A DNA stretch of 22,536 nucleotides from Eledone cirrhosa. Lineage: Eukaryota. The notes below the pieces were generated by a model. The model had not been told where the DNA came from. It saw only the letters and a program-made list of their open reading frames with translations, and made no database searches. Both the position numbers and the translations under genes were made by a program. Shown one piece after another: positions 1 to 12,592 of the stretch. Position 1 is the first letter of the stretch. The number at the start of each line of letters is the position of its first letter. Location: NCBI GenBank assembly GCA_964016885.1, contig CAXHJY010000895.1, positions 1-22,536 of the forward strand, read 5' to 3'.

Positions 1-321
1 GTATATGCGTGTTTGTATGTATGTGTATATGGGTTCTGTATATATTTGTATGTCTCTCTATTTATATGTTTATCTTCGTATCTATGTGGTATATGTGTGT
101 GTGTGTGTGCGTATGTATATGTATGAGTTTGTGTGTGTTTGTATGTGTGTGTGTATATATATATATATCTGTACTGGCGCACACTCACATACACATATAT
201 ATATATAAATATATATATATGTGTGAGTGTGTATGTGTGTCTGTATGTGTGTCCGTGTGTGATATGTGTATATATATATATATATATATATGTGTATGTA
301 TGTGTATGTGTGTGTATATAG

Positions 322-357
<36 letters not shown>

Positions 358-507
358 ATGTGTATATAGGTGTCTATGTGTGAATATATGTCTTTATTCG
401 TATGTGTGTATTTATATATGTTTATATTTAGGTGTATGTATGTATGTGTATGTATGTATGTAGTGTATGTGTGTGTATGTATATGTGTATATGTGTGTAT
501 ATATATG

Positions 508-538
<31 letters not shown>

Positions 539-764
539 TATTCTTTATTATTATTGTAATATAACTTATGTGTATATGTGTATAAGTGAGGTCTGTGTAT
601 GTATATATACCTATGTGTATATATAAGAGTAATGAAATATATATATATTATATATATATATATATGTGCATGTCTGTATTTTATGTGTGCGTGTGGATAT
701 ATATATATGTGTGTGTGTGTATATATGTATGTATATATAAATATGTGTGTACGTGTGTGTATGT

Positions 765-813
<49 letters not shown>

Positions 814-928
814 TGGATGTTTGTATGTGTTTTTATGGTGGTATGAGTGTGGGATATATATGTTTGTGTATAAATGTATGTATGTGTATGTATATATATA
901 TGAGTCTACGTGTGTGTGTATATATATG

Positions 929-977
<49 letters not shown>

Positions 978-1947
978 GTGTATGTATGTATGTGTTGCGC
1001 GTGTGTGTGTCCGTATTTATATCTTTTTATATATGTATGTGTATGTTCGTGTAAATGTATGTGTGTGTATGACAGTATAGGTATGTGTGTATGTATGTAT
1101 GTATTGATATCTCTATGTGCGCGTACATGTATGTATGTGTATGTATATCTGTATGCGTACGTACATTATATTATATGTATTATACTTTATTGTTTTTATT
1201 TTTTTATTTTTCATAATTATAGATACATTTATATTAAGGTTGTCTGGTCTGACAGTCTAATACTGACCCCCCCCCCCCCTCCCACCTAATTTCTGTATCT
1301 TGATCTTGAAATGTGTGTACCAGTGTGTTTATGTGAGTGACTTAATTTCTATTTGCTTATGATTTTATATCCACATATATAAATGTGAGTGGGGAGTGTG
1401 TGTGTTTGTGTGTTCGTGGTTATGTGTATATTTATATATATACGCACATGTATGTGTGATTATACTGATATGTGTGAGTATGAAAAAAATATATTTATAT
1501 GCTTGACTCCATAAGTATCATTGCGTATCTTATCAGCGCATTAAGCTTACAGAGATATTAACCTTGAAATTTTTTATTTGCATCCATCTTTTTAGTATGC
1601 ACATACAGATTATACACACATTATTGTAAAATGTGTGTGGGGTTTTACATGTATATACACACACCAAACTGCTTTTTAACCCTTTGTGTTTTCATTGGTC
1701 AATTTTGAACTGATATTTTGAATTGTTGTTATTATCAATAATATACTTCATTATTTCTGAAGACGGCGTATATATGAGTTAGGTATGTATATTTAATCTT
1801 GATAATTTGTATAATTTTGTATAATTTTGTACATAGATCTGTTAAATATGCATACCAATTATAACACATATATGCCCTAGAAACGATCGTTAAATAGTGA
1901 ACTTTTTTTTGTTTAATATAAGGAATTGTTTGTTCATTATTTGTTTA

Positions 1948-1956
<9 letters not shown>
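1..1956 (+). mobile_element. Diverged copy of the 3' region (3' UTR/pseudo-LTR) of Penelope-like family A; continues left of the window
   Basis: ~1260-1956 aligns by eye with ~10130-10838 (ACTGACC..CCCTCCCACCTAATTTCTGTATCTTGATCT through TTTGTTTAATATTTTAT). Unique anchors inside the microsatellite part (GGTGTCTATGTGTGAATATATGTCT, ATAACTTATGTGTAT, TATGTTCGTGTA) recur in the same order at ~8180, ~8330 and ~9130. Carries a hammerhead and ends in (TA)n. Confidence 0.85.
1747..1901 (+). ncRNA. Type I hammerhead ribozyme motif, family A copy 1 (long stem II)
   Basis: Stem I TTCATTATTT (1747-1756) / AAATAGTGAA (1892-1901, one G-U); core CTGAAGA 1757-1763; GAAA 1880-1883; palindromic stem III ACGATCGT; predicted GUU cleavage after 1891. 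First pair of stem II is a non-canonical C-A. Confidence 0.75.
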
Positions 1957-4189
<2,233 letters not shown>

Positions 4190-5080
4190 ATAAAATATTA
4201 AACAAATAATGAATAACAATTCCTTATATTAACAAAAAAAGTTCATTATTTAACGATCGTTTCTCAGGATATATATGTGTTAGAATTGGCATGCATATTC
4301 AACAGATCTATGTACAAAATTATACAAAATTATACAAATTATCAAAGATTAAATATACATACCAACAGATATATACGCCGTCTTCAGAAATAATGAAGTA
4401 TATTTATTGATAATAACAACAATTCAAAATTTCAGGTCCGTTTGGGAACAAAATTGACCAATGAAAACACAAAGGGTTAAATGCAGTTCGGTGTGTGTAT
4501 ATATATGTGTAAAACCCTTACACATATTTTACAAAAATGTATGTATAATTTGTATACGCATACTAAAAGGATGGATGCAAATACAAAATTTCAAGGTTAA
4601 TGTCTCTGTAAGTTTATAATGCACATATAAGATGCGTATTGACACTTATGAAATTAAGTATATAAATATATTTTTTCATACTCACACATATCCGTACAAT
4701 CACACATACACGCGCGTATATGCATAAATATACACATAACCACGAACATACAAACACACACACACCCCCACTCACATTTATATATGTGGATATAAAATCA
4801 TAAGCACATGGATATTAATTCACTCACATAAAACACTGGCACACACATTTTTAGATCAAGATACAGAAATTAGGTGGGAGGGGGGGGGAGAGGTCAGTAT
4901 TCAACGGTCTGAGCTGACTGCCTAATATAGATGTATCTATAAACTAAGAAAATAAAAAATAAAAAAATAAAAAATAATAAATAAACATTAAAGAGGAAAG
5001 AATAGAGAGAAAACAGAAAAAAGAAAAAAGAAAAAAGAAATATATCAAGAAAATAAATATATATATATATACTCATATAT

Positions 5081-5119
<39 letters not shown>

Positions 5120-5300
5120 TATATATATATAATATACATATATATACACATATACACACACACACACATACATAAATATACACACATATACAAACACATA
5201 CATACATATACACACATCCACACTAAGAACATACATACACACACATATATAAACATATACATATACACACATACATACATATACACATATACATACAAAT

Positions 5301-5353
<53 letters not shown>

Positions 5354-5605
5354 TATACATATATATGTGTATATACACGTACATATACACACACATATAC
5401 ATATAATCACACATACTATATAGACACAGATAAATATAACCACACACATACATGCACATATACAACACTTACATACTAATATACATACAGATATACACAA
5501 ACATAGCTATATATACACACAAATATATACAGACTTACATATATACATACAGACAAATACTTACGCATCTATATATCGGTATATACATACAAACACCACT
5601 ACACT
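4190..5605 (-). repeat. Left inverted arm of element A (reverse complement of 9427-10838)
   Basis: Outer end ATAAAATATTAAAACAAATAATGAA matches the reverse complement of ~10815-10838 (one extra A); inner end CATACAAACACCACTACACT matches the reverse complement of AGTGTAGTGGTGTTTGTATG at 9427; few differences seen. Confidence 0.93.
4242..4397 (-). ncRNA. Type I hammerhead ribozyme motif, family A copy 2
   Basis: Reverse complement of the 10631-10784 motif: TCTTCAG at 4381-4387, AACGATCGTTTC at 4252-4263, 10-bp stem I 4242-4251 / 4388-4397; a few small indels in stem II. Confidence 0.7.
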
Positions 5606-6501
5606 CTCAAAAAACTACTCATCATACAACTCTAATAAATATTAATAATAAAACTCCTAATAAAAAGGATAAAACACCTAAATCTACAAATATAACTAAA
5701 AATAGTTGTGGTGAGATCATTAACATTAATCCTCCTAGTAAAAATCACGATACAACCTATAAAAATAATAAAAATAATAAACAACATAGAAACCGTAATA
5801 GACGGGTTACTTGGTATAATGCTCCTTTTAATTTACAAGTTAAGGATAATATTGCTAAAAAATTTTTTTATATCCTTGAGAAAAACTTCCCGCCAAACCA
5901 CAAATACCATCAAATCTTAAATAGGTCTACAGTTAAATTCTCATATTCTACAACAAATAACATAAAACAAAATATAAGTGCATATAATGCATATAAATGT
6001 AAGAAAACCATAAGTATACCACCTGTACATCAAATTAACCATAATATCTCCTCAAATACAGAATTAACGAAAGGATGTAACTGTAGAAACAAAGCAAACT
6101 GCCCATTAAAAGGGAATTGTCTTGTTAACAACATAGTCTATAAATGTAATGTTAAAACTAAAGATTCTATTTGCTCATATATAGGAGCTACCTCTAACAA
6201 TTTTAAGACAAGGTTTAATACCCACAAGCATAGTTTTAAAAATGCCGCACTGGCTAATACAACATCTCTAGCGGAAAAAATCAATAGTTATAAAAATAAG
6301 AATATAGAATATGATTTGACCTGGAGTGTGCTCAAAAGAGCCACCCCTTATCAAAATAATAGAAATGAATGTAGATTATGTTCCCAAGAACTATTTGAAA
6401 TAATGAAGTCTAAGGATATCTTATTAAGTAAACGACAGGAATTAATTATATCGTGTAATCATAAACTAAAAAAAACATTTAAATATTATAAACCTAATTA
6501 A
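5452..6501 (+). CDS. C-terminal part of a Penelope-like ORF: linker, Cys-rich motif and GIY-YIG endonuclease (RT lost by 5' truncation; first ~51 codons derive from the inverted arm)
   Basis: RNRRVTWYNAPF, LNRSTVKFSYS, CNCRNKANCPLKGNC, IVYKC..YIGATSNNFKTRFNTHKHSF (GIY-YIG core with catalytic Arg), CRLCSQE, SCNH; colinear with the EN half of element B. No stop or frameshift. Expression not shown. Confidence 0.85.
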   Translation: MHIYNTYILIYIQIYTNIAIYTHKYIQTYIYTYRQILTHLYIGIYIQTPLHSQKTTHHTTLININNKTPNKKDKTPKSTNITKNSCGEIININPPSKNHDTTYKNNKNNKQHRNRNRRVTWYNAPFNLQVKDNIAKKFFYILEKNFPPNHKYHQILNRSTVKFSYSTTNNIKQNISAYNAYKCKKTISIPPVHQINHNISSNTELTKGCNCRNKANCPLKGNCLVNNIVYKCNVKTKDSICSYIGATSNNFKTRFNTHKHSFKNAALANTTSLAEKINSYKNKNIEYDLTWSVLKRATPYQNNRNECRLCSQELFEIMKSKDILLSKRQELIISCNHKLKKTFKYYKPN

Positions 6502-7455
6502 TAACATTATTTTAGAAATTAATTTAATTTAAATGTTAGTTAACCTATAAATTTAATTTAATTAAAATTTTATTACAGATGAGAATATAAAATATTATGT
6601 AATCATAAATTGTGAAAAACCTTTAAGTATTACTAATATATACTTAGTAATTTAATTTATAGATTAATTTTAATTTATTTAAACCTTTTATTATAATTCT
6701 TTTACAGATAAAATATAACAAAATAATATCGTGTATCCAATGACAGAGAAATAATTTTTAGTATTATAGACCTAATTAATATACATTTTAGAAATATATT
6801 TATAATTTGGTTTTAATTTTAATCAACCTAAAAATTTAATTAATTTGCTTAAAATTAGTATCCTTATACAGACGAATTGCAGAATGTCATGTAATCATAG
6901 AATGGGATGTGTTTTGGATATATACCTAGTTAATATTCTATGCAATTTTTTGAAAAAGATATGTATATGTATATGTGTATGTGTATGTGTGTGTGTATGT
7001 ATGTGTGTATATATGTATATATATATATATATATATGTGTATATATATGTATGTATGTATGTGTATGTATATGTATATGTATATGTATTAATTTTGATTT
7101 CTATTTGCATATAATTATATTATGCTATTGATAAAATACAATATCTGCTTTATATATTATATACCTAATTAACATATACTATAGAAATAAATATATAATT
7201 TTTAATTTAGTTAACCTATAATTTATATTCTACTACCGATGTAATACTTTATTTTATTTGTTTTTTCCCTATTACTAAATTCATTTCCTAATATTGATAC
7301 CATAACGTTATTAACTTTAATTTAGTTATACTATAATTAATACTCTACTACTATTTAACTTCAAAATTCTGCTTCAAATATTATAAACCTAACTAATTTA
7401 CACCTTAGAAATCAATATGTTAACTATCTTTGGTTTAGTTAACATATAATTAATG
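6435..7455 (+). repeat. Degenerate AT-rich tandem repeat (~130-170 bp unit) related to the 3' end of the ORF
   Basis: Recurring motifs TGTAATCATA (~6454, ~6598, ~6890), TATTATA(A/G/T)ACCTAA (~6484, ~6763, ~7155, ~7379), TAGAAAT and AACCTA(T/A)AA(A/T)TT in conserved order. Confidence 0.6.
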
Positions 7456-7649
7456 GTATACTTGTTTATTTTGAGATGCATAGATTTTGCCTTGGTTCTT
7501 GTTTGTTGTATTTCCTAACACTGAAACTATGTAAAAACATACATTGGATAAAGATACGGAAAATATTCTATGTTTCTTGAAACATATATTTACTATGATC
7601 CCCTTCTCCAAACCCCCCCTTTCCCCCATACTATTATCATCTGTATTTG

Positions 7650-8131
7650 TAAGCGTGTATGTATGAATATATATGTAGGTAGGTGTCTATATAGGTTTGG
7701 GTATTTATATCTAAATGTATGGATACATATATGCGCATGCAAATATGAATGTAAGATTGTGTGTGTATATATGAGTATGTGTATGTATGTATATATGTGT
7801 ATATATGCATGTATATATGTATGTGTATGTGAATGTGTGTATGTATATGTGTATGTATATATATATATATGTATATATATGTATATGTGTATATATAGGA
7901 ATGTGTATATATATATATATATGTATATGTATGTGTGTGTGTATGTATGTGTGTGTATGTGTGTTGTATATATATGTATGTCTCTCTATCTTAGTATATA
8001 TGTGATATATGTGTGTGTGTGTGCATGTATGCACATATATGTGTTTATGTGTATATATGTGTATGTGTGTATATATGTGTGTGTGCACACACATATATAT
8101 GTGAGTGTGTATATGTGTCTGTGTATATGTA

Positions 8132-8179
<48 letters not shown>

Positions 8180-8267
8180 TGTCTATGTGTGAATATATGT
8201 CTATATTCGTATGTGTGTATATATGTATGTATGTGTTTATATGTATATATATATGTATATATATATG

Positions 8268-8306
<39 letters not shown>

Positions 8307-8554
8307 ATTATTTTTTATTATTATAATATAACTTATGTGTATGTGTGTATATGTGAGGTTGTGTATGTGTATATAATATGTGTATACATAAGTGTAAAAA
8401 AATATATATATATGTGCATGTCTGTTTTTTATGTGTGTGTATATATATATATATATATACGTGTGTGTATATATATGTATATGTGGGTGTTTGTATGTGT
8501 ATTTATGGTGATATGAGTGTGTGGGTATCTATATATATATATGTATGAATGTAA

Positions 8555-8604
<50 letters not shown>

Positions 8605-9258
8605 GTATATGTATGTATATATATATCTCTATTAATGCGTGTATATATGTATATGCATATGCCTTTTTATTTTTATTTGTATGTCTGAGTTAGGTGAGGT
8701 TGTAGTGGTGTTTTTATGTATATACGCATATATGGATGCGTATGTATTTGTATATATGAGTATAAGTAAGTGCATATGTATGTATGATTATATATCTAAT
8801 TCTATGTATGAATATACATGTATATATATGTGTGTATGTAAGTTGTGTGTGTATGTATGTATATGTCTATGTGTGTATATATATATGTATGTATATCGAT
8901 GTACGTGTATGTATGTACATGTATGTATATGTATGTGTGTATGTATGTGTATGTATGTTTATGTGTATGTATATATATGTATATATGTATATATATATAT
9001 ATGTATGTATGTGTATATATATATATATATATATATCTTTATTATTTATTTTTTATATATATATGTATGTGTGTATGTGTTGTGTGTGTATGTGTGTGTG
9101 TATATATATCTTTATATATGTGTATGTGTATGTTCGTGTAGGTGTATGTGTGTGTATGACTTTATATGTATGTGTGTATGTGTGTATGCGTATATATTTC
9201 TATGTGTGTGTACATGTATGTATGTGTGTATATGTGTATGTGTGTGTATGTGTATATG

Positions 9259-9291
<33 letters not shown>

Positions 9292-9319
9292 GTTATATAT
9301 ATATATATGTATATGTATA

Positions 9320-9350
<31 letters not shown>

Positions 9351-9678
9351 CTATATGTTTTTCTATTCGTATATGTATGTGTGTATAGGTATATACCTTT
9401 CTCTTTGTATTTCTAAGTTGTGTGATAGTGTAGTGGTGTTTGTATGTATATACCGATATATAGATGCGTAAGTATTTGTCTGTATGTATATATGTAAGTC
9501 TGTATATATTTGTGTGTATATATAGCTATGTTTGTGTATATCTGTATGTATATTAGTATGTAAGTGTTGTATATGTGCATGTATGTGTGTGGTTATATAT
9601 ATCTGTGTCTATATAGTATGTGTGATTATATGTATATGTGTGTGTATATGTACGTGTATATACACATATATATGTATA

Positions 9679-9725
<47 letters not shown>

Positions 9726-9906
9726 ATTTGTATGTATATGTGTATATGTATGTATGTGTGTATATGTATATGTTTATATATGTGTGTGTATGTATGTTCT
9801 TAGTGTGGATGTGTGTATATGTATGTATGTGTTTGTATATGTGTGTATATTTATGTATGTGTGTGTGTGTGTATATGTGTATATATATGTATATTATATA
9901 TATATA

Positions 9907-9947
<41 letters not shown>

Positions 9948-10085
9948 ATATATGAGTATATATATATATATTTATTTTCTTGATATATTTCTTTTTTCTT
10001 TTTTCTTTTTTCTGTTTTCTCTCTATTCTTTCCTCTTTAATGTTTATTTATTATTTTTTATTTTTTTATTTTTTTATTTTCTTAG
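7650..10085. repeat. Compound (TA)n/(TG)n/(TATG)n low-complexity region inside element A 3' region
   Basis: Directly visible; partly duplicated in the inverted arm and homologous to 1-1200. Confidence 0.9.
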
Positions 10086-10838
10086 TTTATAGATACATCT
10101 ATATTAGGCAGTCAGCTCAGACCGTTGAATACTGACCTCTCCCCCCCCTCCCACCTAATTTCTGTATCTTGATCTAAAAATGTGTGTGCCAGTGTTTTAT
10201 GTGAGTGAATTAATATCCATGTGCTTATGATTTTATATCCACATATATAAATGTGAGTGGGGGTGTGTGTGTGTTTGTATGTTCGTGGTTATGTGTATAT
10301 TTATGCATATACGCGCGTGTATGTGTGATTGTACGGATATGTGTGAGTATGAAAAAATATATTTATATACTTAATTTCATAAGTGTCAATACGCATCTTA
10401 TATGTGCATTATAAACTTACAGAGACATTAACCTTGAAATTTTGTATTTGCATCCATCCTTTTAGTATGCGTATACAAATTATACATACATTTTTGTAAA
10501 ATATGTGTAAGGGTTTTACACATATATATACACACACCGAACTGCATTTAACCCTTTGTGTTTTCATTGGTCAATTTTGTTCCCAAACGGACCTGAAATT
10601 TTGAATTGTTGTTATTATCAATAAATATACTTCATTATTTCTGAAGACGGCGTATATATGTGTTGGTATGTATATTTAATCTTGATAATTTGTATAATTT
10701 TGTATAATTTTGTACATAGATCTGTTGAATATGCATGCCAATTCTAACACATATATATCCTAGAAACGATCGTTAAATAATGAACTTTTTTTGTTTAATA
10801 TAAGGAATTGTTTATTCATTATTTGTTTAATATTTTAT
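9427..10838 (+). repeat. Right arm of element A inverted repeat
   Basis: Reverse complement of 4190-5605. Confidence 0.93.
10631..10784 (+). ncRNA. Type I hammerhead ribozyme motif, family A copy 3 (long stem II)
   Basis: Perfect 10-bp stem I TTCATTATTT/AAATAATGAA; CTGAAGA 10641-10647; GAAA 10763-10766; stem III palindrome ACGATCGT; predicted GUU cleavage after 10774; stem II region 10648-10762. Confidence 0.78.
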
Positions 10839-10972
10839 CTTGACTCTGTATACCGTTTATCTTTCACCGAAAGTGATTTTTCATTACATCTCTTCTTTCC
10901 ATGATATCCGGAATACATTGAGTTCTTCATACGGATTGGACACTACCGTAAACTCTTGGTAGATTTATCTAC

Positions 10973-11129
<157 letters not shown>

Positions 11130-11131
<2 letters not shown>

Positions 11132-11780
11132 TTTTGAGTTTATGTTGGTTGTATACCAACACCTCAGTATGCAGGCTGGAGCACTCGATGAAGTGCGCAG
11201 CTTGGTTTGGTTACTCCGGAGTAGTGTAAAATAAAGTTAAATAAAAGTCAAATGATTAAAATTTAGCTTCGTTTATTACTGCTATATATATTTCAGTGAC
11301 AGCCATCTTTGGCTGTGACCTCTTCAGGCAGTTTGAATTAGTATGGTATAGACAAGTACATATGTTGTTTAGGTGTATGATATTGTCAATACTCTGATAT
11401 GCCCAGTTCCTTGTTGGGTTGTTAATTCACTGGGGAACTGGAGTCATATGAATTCAAACAAACGAATTTTAGTGTCACAGGTCCCCTTCTCCTCTCATTG
11501 GTCAGTTATTAGTGTTGTCATTGTTGGAGTTAGCTTAAAAATTGATAAAATGGTAGAAGGGACAAGGTGTTGAAGGAACAAAATATCAAAAAATGTGTCA
11601 AACTTCCCATTGTTCAGTTCTGAGAGCATTCCTCAGTCAGAAGTCTATAGAATTCTTTCTGGGGTGAGGCTCCCTGTAGTGTTTATGCCTGCTATTGTTC
11701 AGTACATTTGACCTCCACCATTATTTTGGTACTGTTGTTGTTGTAGTGGTCAGCTTATATCTTGCTGCTGCTAATAATTG
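11130..11780 (-). mobile_element. Probable decayed 3' end of a third hammerhead-bearing (Penelope-like) element
   Basis: Minus-strand hammerhead ~150 nt from a (TA)n junction, the same layout as families A and B. No confidently recognisable ORF; right boundary is a guess at the (TG)n run. Confidence 0.45.
11278..11332 (-). ncRNA. Minimal type I hammerhead ribozyme motif (family C)
   Basis: Minus strand reads ACTGC CTGAAGA GGTCACAGCCA AAGA TGGCTGTCACT GAA ATATATAT A GCAGT: 5-bp stem I, 11-position stem II with one C-C mismatch, palindromic stem III, AUA triplet. Confidence 0.85.
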
Positions 11781-12149
11781 TTATGTGTGTGTGTGTGTGT
11801 ATAAGGACGGAAGAACTCAAAAGAGTCAACGGCTATCCAAAAGTGTGTAAATATATACACATGTACCGCGCGGTTATACTACTGGGAGTGAAGGACGCCC
11901 AGCCTCAGGAAACTGGGATAACTCCGATAAAAAACCTGCGGCTCAGTAGATACCGATGATGTTGACCTTTTCTTCTTTTCGTGTTATAGCTACTGTCGCT
12001 CACAGAGTGGGATAGGCTCCGTGGACAGTCTTAGCTCACTTAAAACAATATCTTCACGCAGAGGCACTGCACGATAGAATTAATTAATAATTAAGAATAA
12101 TGGTATATCGTGCAATGGACATACTCGATAACGAGGAAGCAGCCATCAT

Positions 12150-12391
<242 letters not shown>

Positions 12392-12416
12392 GGATTTAGC
12401 TTCGAGCATATCTGTA

Positions 12417-12592
12417 TACAGATATGTATTGGAATTTCGAAATGCGCATCGACAATTGTACGCGTTTCTTCTACTGGACATCGCCAGATGGCGATAGCCG
12501 CTGTTGTTTTCGCATAGGTAAGGCTTTGTAAATGCTTATTTATAAATATACCCTATTTCTTTAGGAATATGAAATTCCAATACATATGTGTA
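12417..12592. mobile_element. Small MITE-like element with ~20-bp terminal inverted repeats and TA flanks (Tc1/mariner-like)
   Basis: TACAGATATGTATTGGAATTTC (12417-12438) vs GAAATTCCAATACATATGTGTA (12571-12592): 21/22 complementary including terminal TA; internal hairpin ATCGCCA-GA-TGGCGAT. Confidence 0.6.

Larger units (their letters stand above)
4190..10972 (+). mobile_element. Penelope-like retroelement A: inverted 3'-end arm + 5'-truncated body (GIY-YIG EN, long 3' region, hammerhead), flanked by (TA)n
   Basis: PLE-type endonuclease ORF, near-identical inverted arms 4190-5605 / 9427-10838, a hammerhead in each arm and (TA)n on both sides. Inverted partial copies are an established PLE insertion structure. 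Confidence 0.9.
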
